A stretch of 64,000 nucleotides of DNA from a virus. The stretch lies in IMG/VR virus record IMGVR_UViG_3300042504_002519, positions 13,535 to 77,534 of that record. The stretch is one strand, 5' to 3'. This document shows positions 17,182 through 27,073 of the stretch, one piece after another (within the stretch, counting starts at the first letter, position 1; every line of letters begins with the position of its first letter). The position numbers and the translations under genes were made by a program. The notes under the pieces were generated by a model. That model was not told the DNA's origin. It saw nothing but the letters and a program-made list of their open reading frames with translations, and ran no database searches.

Positions 17182-17480
17182 GGCTCATTCTCTGGCCATT
17201 GGGGCATTGGGTGGTGAACTTTAATCGCTTCCAGCAAGGCACAAAAAGCCGTAAAGGGTTGTGTCTGAAATCGCTCGGCAAGTTCAGCAAAACCAGGAAA
17301 TGCCAGGGCAGCTTGATCGGCGGCGTCTAGAGAAGGATAGTTACGTTCAAATCCTTGCTGTAACGGGCCAACAATGGGCGGCTCACCCTCAAAGGTGGCT
17401 ACTCGACGCCAGTAGCTTTGCATAGAGATAGCGCCTGAGGGAATGGCAATGTCAGCCTGAAATCTCGAAAGTTGTTCCAT
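17178..17480 (-). CDS. Hypothetical protein (fibre chaperone-like position)
   Basis: Directly follows a fibre gene. Confidence 0.45.
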   Translation of the reverse strand: MEQLSRFQADIAIPSGAISMQSYWRRVATFEGEPPIVGPLQQGFERNYPSLDAADQAALAFPGFAELAERFQTQPFTAFCALLEAIKVHHPMPQWPENEP

Positions 17481-17482
17481 AG

Positions 17483-18310
17483 TTAAGTTTTCACTTTAAT
17501 AACGTTGCCGTCTCGCCATAGGTCACCGACGGCTATTGAGGCGTCTGAAGTAGGCAAATTAGCAAAATTTATCTTTGAGCCCCCCACGTTTAGGTTTTGA
17601 GCAATACCTACCCCACCGGCTACGGTCATAGCTCCTGTAGTTGTCGAAGTACTTGAAGTGGTAGCGTAGTTAATGAAAGTTGCCGCCGTCATCCTGTAAA
17701 CGAGAGATGTTGAATCCCTGCTAAGAGGGATTAAATACCAATCTGCTGCCATTGCTACACGGTTATTAGGATCCCCTGGAGCTGCTGTAGTCAAGGCAGT
17801 AAAGATCAAAGATGCTCCCCCTCCGCTCCACTCCTCAAATCCCCTAGGGCGTGCAGCAAAAACAAATATCCAATCATCAGCTAGCACCCCGGAAGGATTT
17901 GAGATGCTTCCTCTCGCCCTTCTCCCCTCAAATCCAGTATGCGAGAAATAAAAGTCGCTGTTGTATACCTCAGCCAGAAAACTGTTAAGGGGTCTATTAC
18001 TTTGAGAAAAAAACGGCAATTCAGAGTTTAGAACAGAAATTGCAGTTGTCTGGGGATTTGCAGGGGAAACAGCGACCGACCCCAATCCGCTTAAATTGCC
18101 CCCAGTAATGGCTACCGCATTAGCATTTTGAGCCGACATAGTCCCCAGGGTAGGCGCACCGCTCAGACTGGAATAGGGAAGTAGGGATATTACCCACTTC
18201 CCTAGAGAGCTATTCCAGATTAACGGGTAGCCATTCTGGCCAACCTCAGGGTTCACCGATACGTCGGTCAGTTCCTTGAGTTGCGAGGGGGACAGATACG
18301 CTGTAGGCAC
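17483..18310 (-). CDS. Tail fibre protein
   Basis: LGTMSAQNANAVAITGG, STSTTTGAMTVAGGVGI, NLPTS...GDLWRDG; AT-richer. Confidence 0.7.
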   Translation of the reverse strand: MPTAYLSPSQLKELTDVSVNPEVGQNGYPLIWNSSLGKWVISLLPYSSLSGAPTLGTMSAQNANAVAITGGNLSGLGSVAVSPANPQTTAISVLNSELPFFSQSNRPLNSFLAEVYNSDFYFSHTGFEGRRARGSISNPSGVLADDWIFVFAARPRGFEEWSGGGASLIFTALTTAAPGDPNNRVAMAADWYLIPLSRDSTSLVYRMTAATFINYATTSSTSTTTGAMTVAGGVGIAQNLNVGGSKINFANLPTSDASIAVGDLWRDGNVIKVKT

Positions 18311-18481
18311 TACTCCAGCCCTCCATTTAGTCCAAATTTAGTCCATCCGTAACTACCCAAACTCACAACCCCCACTACACAGGGGTTCTGTGGCGTTGAA
18401 TAGTTGCGGGGAGAGCAGCTAGTACCCATGTTCGTATCTATGGCCCTACTTTTCCTGTTCACTCCTCCATAGTGTGCCCAA

Positions 18482-18778
18482 TGTGCCAGTTGCGATGTGC
18501 CAGTTAGGTTATCGCAAGAATGGATCCACTTTGCCGTAACTTGTGCCAGTTGACTGTGCCAACCAACCTATGTGCCAGTTGAGCAAGCCAAGCTAAGCCG
18601 GTTTTCGTTCTCACCATTCCCAATGTGAGACACTGTAACGAGGTTTCAAGGGTTTCAGCCTGTCTCACGCTGTCTTACGGGCTCAAAGCCACTACCAGCG
18701 GCTAGGATGGCGTAAATTCGTTATTTTTACCTTATAAAATACAAATTAGTTAAGGTAGAATGGTTTTGAACTGGCACA
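18482..18778. repeat. TGTGCCAGTT repeats plus an 11-6-11 dif-like site
   Basis: Direct copies near 18482, 18496, 18542, 18571, inverted copy at 18769; ACCTTATAAAA-TACAAA-TTAGTTAAGGT at 18729-18756. Confidence 0.65.
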
Positions 18779-18798
18779 CTTACAAAGGACGATCACCC

Positions 18799-19341
18799 AT
18801 GGCGGGACAAGCCAAAGTATTAACCCAAGATGAGATAGACACACTCCTATACCATTGCTCCAGTCCTCGGGACCGGGCCTTGATCGGGTGCATGTTATTT
18901 TGTGGCCTGCGAGTAGCCGAAGCGGTGGCCCTCAGTCCGAGTGATATAAAAGGAGGGATGCTTGTACTACCCAAAGCGAAGACCAAGGGCAAGCTAGCCA
19001 GCCGGTCCATTCCGGTGCATCCTAGCCTAATGCTGTTGCTGCAACAATACGGTCCACCCCAGGGCGAGTACCTATTCCCTGGCCGTCATGGCCGGGGCCA
19101 CCTGCACCCCGCCAGCGCCAGCCAGGTGATCCAAGACTGCCTTACCCTAGCAGGCCTCTGCGGGCTGGGCATCACCACCCATAGCTTCAGGCGCACCGCC
19201 CTGACCAAGTTGAGCAATGCCGGCGTCCCCCTGCGGGTGATCCAACAGATCAGCGGCCACAAGAGCCTAGCCAGCCTGCAGTTGTACCTGCAAGTCACAC
19301 CAGACCAGGTGGAATCGGCGGTGCTGGCAGCGTTTAGTTGA
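18799..19341 (+). CDS. Tyrosine recombinase, catalytic domain only (resolvase-like)
   Basis: GLRVAEA, HSFRRT, SGHKSL...Y catalytic residues; 180 aa. Confidence 0.9.
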   Translation: MAGQAKVLTQDEIDTLLYHCSSPRDRALIGCMLFCGLRVAEAVALSPSDIKGGMLVLPKAKTKGKLASRSIPVHPSLMLLLQQYGPPQGEYLFPGRHGRGHLHPASASQVIQDCLTLAGLCGLGITTHSFRRTALTKLSNAGVPLRVIQQISGHKSLASLQLYLQVTPDQVESAVLAAFS

Positions 19342-19397
19342 CTCCCACCATTGTGGGGCCTGCATCCCCTGGCCGAACCACTCCCACGCATGTGGGC
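19335..19397 (-). CRISPR. Two-repeat mini unit of the same hairpin family (39-nt period)
   Basis: Reverse complement GCCCACATGCGTGGGAGTGGTTCG-N15-CCCCACAATGGTGGGAGTCAAC. Confidence 0.55.
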
Positions 19398-19427
19398 ACT
19401 CTGAGGCTAGAACTTGGGGGCTGCATT

Positions 19428-19595
19428 ATGCGGATCGAACTTACCTGGCTGCTGTATGCCGCCATATTCCTGCAGGGTGCCTTATTTGCCTGGCTGTGGC
19501 AGCGCACCCGCATCATTATCCTAGAGCGGCGCTATAACCGAGTATACCGCACCTGCCTAAGACAGCGATGGGAACTACTCGACAAGCATCGCTGA
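19428..19595 (+). CDS. Small membrane protein
   Basis: One hydrophobic helix and a basic tail. Confidence 0.4.
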   Translation: MRIELTWLLYAAIFLQGALFAWLWQRTRIIILERRYNRVYRTCLRQRWELLDKHR

Positions 19596-19883
19596 TCCGT
19601 CGCCAGCTAGCTGAGGCGGTGTCCCTGCTAGAACAGCACTGGCCAGCCCTGACGGCACAGCAGGCCCAGGCGCTACAGCGCATTTTGGCGAAGCTGGGGC
19701 CACTACCGTGAGCAGGCGTAGCCCGATCTGTTGCACCACCTCGGAGCGGCTCAGGCCGAGTTCCTTGGCAACCTGATCCAGGCCTTCCCAGGCCTCGTCA
19801 GTCATGCCTAGGCTTCTTTCTTTTTTACGGTGGCCCCAGAAGGCCTTGCGGGGGCGTAGGTTGGGGTAGATGATGTCTGGCAT
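19575..19883 (-). CDS. RHH/CopG-like DNA-binding protein
   Basis: RSLGMTDEAWEGLDQVAKELGLSRSEVV. Confidence 0.7.
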   Translation of the reverse strand: MPDIIYPNLRPRKAFWGHRKKERSLGMTDEAWEGLDQVAKELGLSRSEVVQQIGLRLLTVVAPASPKCAVAPGPAVPSGLASAVLAGTPPQLAGDGSAMLVE

Positions 19884-19942
19884 AGGGGTTCTCCAATTTA
19901 CCCCTACTATACAGCATGGCCAGCGGAAAGGCTAGGGGTATA

Positions 19943-19971
19943 TTGACAAGCCGATATGGTGGGGGTATAGT
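19943..19971 (+). promoter_or_regulatory. Sigma70 promoter
   Basis: TTGACA-N17-TATAGT. Confidence 0.75.
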
Positions 19972-20006
19972 GGAATTGTTGAACCACTTACAGAGAGGAC
20001 AAAGCT

Positions 20007-20159
20007 ATGAAAATCACTAGCACTCAGAACCGGGAACTCCATATTGCTGGAACCCTCAGGGGTCTTAAGCCCCTACCCTCAAATTTTGAGGGTACTGCCG
20101 TCGTCCGTGGGGAATTGGGTTCCCTTGATTGCGAAATATTTGACAATAAAAAACGTTAG
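20007..20159 (+). CDS. 50-aa moron-like protein
   Basis: Own promoter, CCACTTAC leader, GAGG RBS and a downstream terminator. Confidence 0.5.
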   Translation: MKITSTQNRELHIAGTLRGLKPLPSNFEGTAVVRGELGSLDCEIFDNKKR

Positions 20160-20273
20160 TTGGTCACGGTACCAACTGGTGTGACGGAAAAGGGTGGTAC
20201 GTCTGGGCAATATAACTTCCCTCCACCCACCACCCCCGCAGACCCCGGCCCCATGGCTGGGGTTTTTGTTTGC

Positions 20274-20846
20274 CTATAGCTTCCACACCCACAGCAGCAA
20301 GGCCGCTAGCCCGCCACTGGTGACCAGCATGATCCATTGCACAAATAGGCCTTGCTTTGTCCACCAGGCCCAGACGGCCTCCACCCATTCCGCCCACCAT
20401 GGCCGGGCACCCCGGGGCGCATCGCCGGTTATTTCAGTGTGGTGGTCATGGCCATGGTCCTGCTTGACTGGCTCAGTCATTAGCTTTGTCCCGCTAGTGT
20501 CGTCATCATCGTGGGATACCCGGTAGATCAGCCCGCCTAGCCAGAGCACATCATGCTCCATCAGGTCTAGCCATAGGCCAGGCTTTAGGGCCCTGCTATT
20601 GATATAGGTGCCATTGGTGCTAAATCCATCCTTCAGCTCCCACAGCCACACCCGTTCCCCCGCCTGGGTAACATCGGTGGCCCGTAGTTCGGCGTGTCGC
20701 TTCGAGAGTCGTGAGTCTATAATGTGAATATCGCATTGTGGATCCCGGCCAATACTCCACAGTCCAGCGGGGGGCGGCCAGGAACCATCCAGCACCCAGT
20801 AGGGGTGTTGGCCATCGACTGGGTGTAGGCAAAGTTTGCGGGTCAT
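20274..20846 (-). CDS. FHA-domain protein with C-terminal membrane anchor
   Basis: IGRDPQCDI...LSKRHA...STNGTYIN (FHA signature); terminal transmembrane helix. Confidence 0.85.
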   Translation of the reverse strand: MTRKLCLHPVDGQHPYWVLDGSWPPPAGLWSIGRDPQCDIHIIDSRLSKRHAELRATDVTQAGERVWLWELKDGFSTNGTYINSRALKPGLWLDLMEHDVLWLGGLIYRVSHDDDDTSGTKLMTEPVKQDHGHDHHTEITGDAPRGARPWWAEWVEAVWAWWTKQGLFVQWIMLVTSGGLAALLLWVWKL

Positions 20847-20931
20847 GGCTATAGAATGCCCAGCCCACCCAGCCTGGGGAATGCTGAGAATGTTGTCAGT
20901 CCCTACCCGGCCTAGGCCGGGTTTCCTGCCA

Positions 20932-22260
20932 ATGGCCACCCTCGGCGCACTAGAGCTAAGAGCAGAATGGAAGAAATGGTTAGTCGCTAGCTATGCTGCG
21001 GTGCCGACCGACTCGGTGGACCTCGACAAGCTAGCCAGGAACCTGCTGCCCTGGGCCCAGCCATTGCTAGAGCCACGCCGGTATAAATGCCTATGGGGTG
21101 GCCGTGGCTCGGGTAAGTCCACCGCTGCGGCTGATGCGTTGCTGATCGAAGGGGCCCGGCGTAAGTGTCGGGTGCTATGCGCTAGGGAATTTCAGAATAG
21201 CTTGGCTGAGTCGGTGCATCAGCTATTGTGTGATCGCATCGAGGCGCTTGGCTTGCAGGACTGTTACCGCATCCTAGATAGCGAGATCCGGGGCCCCCGG
21301 GGTACTCAATTTTTCTTTAAGGGCCTACGCCATAATGTGCGATCCCTCAAGTCCATTGCAGGTATTACCCATGTCTGGGTGGAGGAGGCCCAGACCATCA
21401 GCCAGGAGTCTTGGGACATCCTAACGCCAACGGTACGGGCTTCGGGCTCTGAGATCTGGGTAACCTTCAACCCAGAGCAGGAGTCAGATACTATCTACCA
21501 ACGCTTTGTCGTCAATGCTGAGGCCAGCGACTATGTTTGTCGGGTGAACTGGGACCAGAACCCTTACTTCACCCCAGAGCTAGAGGATGAGCGCCAGCGG
21601 ATGCTGCGCACCGACCCAGACCGTTATGACAACATATGGGAAGGCAACCCGATCCGGTTCAGCAAGGCCCAGGTATTCCATGGCAAGTGGGTGGTGGATG
21701 AATTTGAGCCTGGCGATGACTGGCAGGGGCCACACTTTGGCGCTGACTGGGGGTTTGGGCCAGATCCAACAGCGGCGATCAAGTGTTGGATCCATGAACG
21801 CCAGCTTTATATTGAACGCGAAAGCTATGCCTATGACCTGGCGCTGGATGAAATTGCTACCATCTGGAAGGTTGACGTTCCAGGCATTGCTACCTATCCA
21901 GTGCGGGCTGACAACTCCAGACCGGAGACCATCAAGCATGTCCGGGGCAAGGGCATCGCTGGCCTGATAGCGGCTGACAAATGGCCCAATAGCATCAAAG
22001 ACGGCATCGAATACCTACGCAGCTTCGACAAGATCATCATTCACCCACGCTGCAAAAACCTTAAATTTGAGGCGATGAACTATAAGCGCAAGGTGGACCC
22101 CCATACCCAGGATGTACTACCCATCATCATTGACAAGCACCAGCACCTATGGGACTCATTGCGCTATGCTTTGGATCCATTAATCCAGAACCGATCCACG
22201 CCGTTTGAGTACCGCACCGCCAAGTCGAAGCGGGTGGCCAGCCCCAAGCTAGGGTACTAG
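20932..22260 (+). CDS. terL: Terminase large subunit, PBSX family
   Basis: GGRGSGKS, WVEEAQ, TFNP, GADWGF, HLWDSLRYA. Confidence 0.95.
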   Translation: MATLGALELRAEWKKWLVASYAAVPTDSVDLDKLARNLLPWAQPLLEPRRYKCLWGGRGSGKSTAAADALLIEGARRKCRVLCAREFQNSLAESVHQLLCDRIEALGLQDCYRILDSEIRGPRGTQFFFKGLRHNVRSLKSIAGITHVWVEEAQTISQESWDILTPTVRASGSEIWVTFNPEQESDTIYQRFVVNAEASDYVCRVNWDQNPYFTPELEDERQRMLRTDPDRYDNIWEGNPIRFSKAQVFHGKWVVDEFEPGDDWQGPHFGADWGFGPDPTAAIKCWIHERQLYIERESYAYDLALDEIATIWKVDVPGIATYPVRADNSRPETIKHVRGKGIAGLIAADKWPNSIKDGIEYLRSFDKIIIHPRCKNLKFEAMNYKRKVDPHTQDVLPIIIDKHQHLWDSLRYALDPLIQNRSTPFEYRTAKSKRVASPKLGY

Positions 22261-22291
22261 GGCACCCTAGGGATAGCACTATGGAACCACC

Positions 22292-23998
22292 ATGGCCCTT
22301 CGCAAAAACTATCTAACCTCCAACCTGGTCCGGTTCGTTGATGATCCGTACCTATTCGCCTATGGCCGGTCCAATATTCTGGATCCAGGTGAGTTTGACG
22401 ATGTTATCAGAGATGAGTCGAGCCGGGCCTACCAGGCGGCCAATCGGTTCTACTACGAGCTTAAGATCTACGAAGAACTAGAGCGCGATGCCCATGTATT
22501 TGCTGTCCTTGAGTCCAGAAAGCTGGATGTGGTGCAACGGGAATGGATGATCGAACCTGCTAGCCAGAGCGCCAAGGACAAGCGCAATGCCCAGATGGTA
22601 GAGGCCATGCTGCGCAACCTGGCCACCACCACGCCAGATGCAGAGAAGGACCAGGCGATCATCAGCACTGGCACTGGCTTTGACCAGGCCTGCCATGGCT
22701 TGCTCGATAGCCTGATGTATGGCGTCTCAATGGCTGAAATTATGTGGGATGGGGGCAAGGAGATCTACCCCCAAGACCTGCGCACCCGGCACCCGCGACG
22801 CTTTGGCTTCACCCTGACCGAAGACGGCTGGGTGCCACGCCTACGCACCCGCACCAATATGGCCATTGGTGAACCGATCCCGCCTCGTAAGTTTATCTTT
22901 CACCACCACCAGCTGCACTATGGCCCCTATGGTAGGGGGCTAGGCCATCGCCTATTCTGGCCAGTATTTTTTAAGCGCCAGGACATCAAATTCTGGCTAG
23001 TCTTTGTCGAAAAGTTTGCCTCGCCCACCACCATCGCTAAGTTCCCGGTTGGGGCCAGTGATGCTGAAAAAGATGCGGTGATGACTGCCATCCAGAGCAT
23101 TGCCTCAGAGACCGGCGTTGGCTTGCCCGAAGGCTATGAGCTGGACCTGCTAGAGGCCTCTCGCAGTAGTTCCGCCGATAGCTATGAAAAGCTTGCCAAT
23201 TGGTGTGATGCGCAGATTAGCAAGGCCGTACTAGGCCAGACAGGCACCACCGACCAATCGACGGGGGGCGGCAGCCGGGCCAGGGATGAGGTGGCCGCTA
23301 GCGTTAGCCTGAAGCGCACCAAGGCCGATGCCGACCTACTGGCCGGGGCGATCACCAATAGCTTGATCAAGTGGATTATTCGCCTTAATGCCGGGCCTGA
23401 TGCAGCGGTGCCCCGGCTATGGTGGAAGTTCCCCGAGCTGGAGGTACAGGAAGACCTCAATGCCAGGGTGCAGCGGGATAGGACGCTCTACGATATGGGT
23501 TTTGTGGTCACCCGCGACTATGTGATCAAGACCTATGGCGTCGAACTGCAGGACGAAAAGCCAGAAGGCCCTACCGCTGAATCCCAGCTAGATGCCTTGT
23601 TCGGTGGTGGTGAGGCGCCAGCCCCGACTGAGCCTACGCCAGCCCCAGAGGCAGAAGCACCCCCAACGCCAGAGCAGGCCCAGCAGGTGGAAGAGGCCAG
23701 CCAGGAGGCGACTGACGAAGAGGCGCCAGAGGACTTAGCTGAACCCGACGATAGGCGCGACTCATCCGATGACTATGCCGATCAAGCCATCGTCGAAATG
23801 CAGCCCATCCTAGCCGACTGGAGTCGGTTGATCAATGAAGCGGTGGATCAGTCCAATAGCTTCGAGGAGTTAGAGCAACGCTTACTACAACTGCAGGCGG
23901 ATACTAGCCAGTTTGCCGAGATCCTGGGGGCTAGCATGGCCGCTGCTGAGGCCGCTGGCCGGTACGAGGTGATCGAAGAGGGTGAGCGGGATGTCTAA
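22292..23998 (+). CDS. Portal protein (Mu gp29/DUF935)
   Basis: PYGRGL..LFWPVFFK...W..FVEKF..P, ISKAVLGQT. Confidence 0.9.
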   Translation: MALRKNYLTSNLVRFVDDPYLFAYGRSNILDPGEFDDVIRDESSRAYQAANRFYYELKIYEELERDAHVFAVLESRKLDVVQREWMIEPASQSAKDKRNAQMVEAMLRNLATTTPDAEKDQAIISTGTGFDQACHGLLDSLMYGVSMAEIMWDGGKEIYPQDLRTRHPRRFGFTLTEDGWVPRLRTRTNMAIGEPIPPRKFIFHHHQLHYGPYGRGLGHRLFWPVFFKRQDIKFWLVFVEKFASPTTIAKFPVGASDAEKDAVMTAIQSIASETGVGLPEGYELDLLEASRSSSADSYEKLANWCDAQISKAVLGQTGTTDQSTGGGSRARDEVAASVSLKRTKADADLLAGAITNSLIKWIIRLNAGPDAAVPRLWWKFPELEVQEDLNARVQRDRTLYDMGFVVTRDYVIKTYGVELQDEKPEGPTAESQLDALFGGGEAPAPTEPTPAPEAEAPPTPEQAQQVEEASQEATDEEAPEDLAEPDDRRDSSDDYADQAIVEMQPILADWSRLINEAVDQSNSFEELEQRLLQLQADTSQFAEILGASMAAAEAAGRYEVIEEGERDV

Positions 23999-24770
23999 AC
24001 CGACCTATCGACGGCTACCCTTTCGCAAGGCCCTGGACTGGCTGAAAGCCAAGCTACCGATCCCGACAGAGCGATGGGATACGCTGGTCGATGGTGCCCA
24101 GGACTGGGCTTTTACCATCGCCGGGGTGACCCATGGTCAGCTATTGCAGGAAGCACTGGACCTGGTAACCAAGGCGGTAGACGATGGGCAGCTATACCGC
24201 GACTTTAAGCAACAATTTGCAGAAACCTTTGTCAAGCGTGGCTTTAGCCCACTCAATGACTGGCGGATGCGCCTGATCTTGCTGCAAAATATGCGCAATG
24301 CCTATGGGGCGGGGCGCTACCAGCAGCAGCATGACCCCGAAACGGTCCTACGCCGTCCTTACCTGGTCTACCGCCATGATGACCCTATCACCCCCAGGCC
24401 GCACCATGTCGCGCTAGATGGCTTTGTAGCCAGAGCAGATGATCCGATCTGGAATACGTTGCACCCGCCCAATGGGTTCGGCTGTCGGTGCCGCACCTTT
24501 AGCCTAAATGAACGTCAGCTACGCCAGGAAGGGATAAGCCTATCGGATCCATTGCCGACCATGACTGTCAAGGACAAGCGTACTGGCCAGCAGTTCACCG
24601 CCCCAGTCGTCAAGGTAGGCGATAGGACGGTGCCAGTGATTGAGCCTGGGTTTAACTTTGCCCCAGGTAGCACCCAGGACCGGGCCAGGGCCATCCAAGA
24701 CACCGTCAGCCGGATGCACCCAGGGCTAAGGGAACGAGTGATGGGGATGATCAGGCGGAGGGATGGTTAG
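23991..24770 (+). CDS. Minor head protein (Mu gpF/SPP1 gp7)
   Basis: AFTIAG, RPHH, HPPNGFGCRC. Confidence 0.9.
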   Translation: MSKPTYRRLPFRKALDWLKAKLPIPTERWDTLVDGAQDWAFTIAGVTHGQLLQEALDLVTKAVDDGQLYRDFKQQFAETFVKRGFSPLNDWRMRLILLQNMRNAYGAGRYQQQHDPETVLRRPYLVYRHDDPITPRPHHVALDGFVARADDPIWNTLHPPNGFGCRCRTFSLNERQLRQEGISLSDPLPTMTVKDKRTGQQFTAPVVKVGDRTVPVIEPGFNFAPGSTQDRARAIQDTVSRMHPGLRERVMGMIRRRDG

Positions 24771-26023
24771 TAGCTATCTCTGAGGCTATCGAAGTTAGGC
24801 TCTCGCCCTTGCTGAATAGACTTGAGGTTGTCATCGAAGGTCCGCAGTTGAGCGATCTTGCGGATCCGTTCTTGGTTGCGGCTATCAGCAGAGCGACGCT
24901 CCCCTTCGACCATATTCTTTCTCATGTAGGAGATGGTCTCACGGGCAGACTTGACGGAGGGATACTCAAACCCGTCAGAATCGGTAAATGTATCGTCGTC
25001 TTTCTTACCCTTCATGCGATTCAGATCCGCATCATAGTCTCTGATCATCTTCTTGGCTTCACTGTTTATGCCTCGCTCAGGCCCAAGCTCTTTCAGCCCC
25101 CTTTGGATCCGATCCCGCTCTTGCCGTAGCTGGCTTACAGTTACATTGCGCCCTTCATAGATGAACTTAGCTGGACCTCGCTGTAATGACGCGATTTCAG
25201 CCTCTTTCCGCTTGATTTCAGCTTGATCGTCTTTATAGAGCTGCTTCGCGTCTCGATCCATCCTCTTTTGCAAGGATTGATAGTGAGCAATGGCTTCCTT
25301 GGGTGAGTCCCATTTCTCCTGCGGGCTAATCAGGTCTGATACGGGCCGATCCGCTGGACCGCCCTTGATCCGAGCGATGTAATCGTCCATCCTGGCCTTT
25401 TCCTGGGCATACTCCTTAGCAGAGGTATCTGTCCTCGACAGGATGCCGTCGATCTCGCTAGTGAGCTGGCTAACCCGTTTCTTAGCGATTTCACCCGCTC
25501 CAGCTTTAAGCTTCTTCAGGTCAGCGGGATCTGCCTTGCTCAGTGCATCGGCAGCTTTTTTCTGGCTAGGGTTGAGCTTGCCACCGCCTACTATGCAATT
25601 CCGCCCCTTAGCGATGCAGCTACCGCCACAAAGCTTTCCTTTGGTGCAATTCTTGGTCTTTCCACTACCCTTGGATCCACCTTTGCCCCTAGCAAAGTCC
25701 ACCGCATACCATACCCGCTCAGACATTGACGCCGCTTGTCTGTTGGGGTCTTCGTTGTAGCTAATTTCGCCATTGCGGTAGGTGGCAATATAGGCCTCGG
25801 GTGGCTGCGCACCAGTGACACCAGTAAAGCGAATGGTCCACCCATTGGCCGGGGTGCCAATGTCGATGTCATCGATGCTGGTCATCCGTTGCTCGCCTTC
25901 ATCGAAGAAGCTACGCACCAATAACATAGCCGCTTGTACCGTCTTCCTCGCCCCATCAGGCTTACGTTCCGCAAAGTCTGCAACAAAGTGCGGATAACCT
26001 TGCATGTCGTAGATGATAGGCAT
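24767..26023 (-). CDS. Cys4-motif protein with charged helical C-terminus
   Basis: DFA...CTKGKLCGGSCIAKGRNC. Confidence 0.65.
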   Translation of the reverse strand: MPIIYDMQGYPHFVADFAERKPDGARKTVQAAMLLVRSFFDEGEQRMTSIDDIDIGTPANGWTIRFTGVTGAQPPEAYIATYRNGEISYNEDPNRQAASMSERVWYAVDFARGKGGSKGSGKTKNCTKGKLCGGSCIAKGRNCIVGGGKLNPSQKKAADALSKADPADLKKLKAGAGEIAKKRVSQLTSEIDGILSRTDTSAKEYAQEKARMDDYIARIKGGPADRPVSDLISPQEKWDSPKEAIAHYQSLQKRMDRDAKQLYKDDQAEIKRKEAEIASLQRGPAKFIYEGRNVTVSQLRQERDRIQRGLKELGPERGINSEAKKMIRDYDADLNRMKGKKDDDTFTDSDGFEYPSVKSARETISYMRKNMVEGERRSADSRNQERIRKIAQLRTFDDNLKSIQQGREPNFDSLRDSY

Positions 26024-26049
26024 GGCAGCGAATAGAATGGCGTCGCTTT

Positions 26050-26250
26050 TAGTGTGCCCAGCCATGGATCCATCACCCTGGGCAACCTAGATCCAGCGCT
26101 ATGGATCCATGATGAGTCAGTTTCAGGTCAGTGCCGATGATAGCCAGGTCCAGGCGATGCTGGCCCGGGCGGCGCGTCGGCTAAACAAAACGACGCTCCC
26201 CTTCGACCATGTTCTTTCTCATGTAGGAGATGGTCTCACGGGCAGACTTG
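26050..26250 (+). pseudogene. Chimeric duplication: promoter and 5' end of the gpG-like gene joined to a 60-bp copy of 24894-24953
   Basis: 26050-26188 resembles 27096-27234; 26191-26250 matches 24894-24953 with one mismatch. Confidence 0.75.
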
Positions 26251-26254
26251 CAGG

Positions 26255-27073
26255 CTATAGGTTGAAGAACACTTTAGTCCTGTGTACCGATCCATCTGGT
26301 GAAACCCGAATCGCGGTAGCGTAGAGCCCTCTATCCCCCCTTTTGGTCTTAGCGCTGTTTCTGGCCAAGTCCATTATCTTGGCTCTGTCCTGACTTGACG
26401 CTACTCTGTAGATAGATGTCATCAGGTCAGGATTCTCAAATATAAAGTGATCATTGCCATCCTTCTTTGCATACTGGTGGGCCGCTTTTAGCGCAAGACC
26501 CTGGAAGTATGGATCTTTTTTGTATGCGGCAATATCGCCAGGTTTAGATGTGGCGGTGATCGACAGCTTTTCTTCATCCTCTGTGTCAGTCGGCTTTAGC
26601 CCCCGACTAGACTGAGGTTTAGAGCTTTTCCCTTTTGCAGGTGCACCCCCCGAGCTAACCCCCTCTTGCTTGGCCACCCATTCTGAAGCTGTTTTGAACT
26701 GCCCCTGCAATGGGTTGCGACAGTTGCGGTTCTGACTGATGCAGGTATAGCCACAGGCATAGCCTTTCTTGCAAGCCTTCACCTGTTTGGTATTGCCAGC
26801 CAGCTTTAGCCTAGCAAAGTCCAAGGCATCCTCCATGAAGTCTGCCCCATCTTCATCAGGCAGGTCACCAGGGTTGACTGGCGCATAGTCGATCAACCCT
26901 GGCTTAATGGTGTATCTGAATGGTACACCATTACCCAGGAAAGTACCTCGGGCCTCTCCACCGGTAACGGTGACACTCTCCACAGATAGACTACCTCGAG
27001 TGAAGGTTGATCGGATGATCAGCTGAACAATAGCCTTAATCTGCTCTGGTGTCGGGTTCTTGGGTAGCTTCAT
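26255..27073 (-). CDS. Cys4-motif protein
   Basis: DFA...CKKGYACGYTCISQNRNC; N-domain paralogous to 37944-38183. Confidence 0.65.
   Translation of the reverse strand: MKLPKNPTPEQIKAIVQLIIRSTFTRGSLSVESVTVTGGEARGTFLGNGVPFRYTIKPGLIDYAPVNPGDLPDEDGADFMEDALDFARLKLAGNTKQVKACKKGYACGYTCISQNRNCRNPLQGQFKTASEWVAKQEGVSSGGAPAKGKSSKPQSSRGLKPTDTEDEEKLSITATSKPGDIAAYKKDPYFQGLALKAAHQYAKKDGNDHFIFENPDLMTSIYRVASSQDRAKIMDLARNSAKTKRGDRGLYATAIRVSPDGSVHRTKVFFNL

Noticed and set aside
18366-18390. Possible solitary degenerate hairpin repeat
   Set aside because: The stem is broken and the handle is poor
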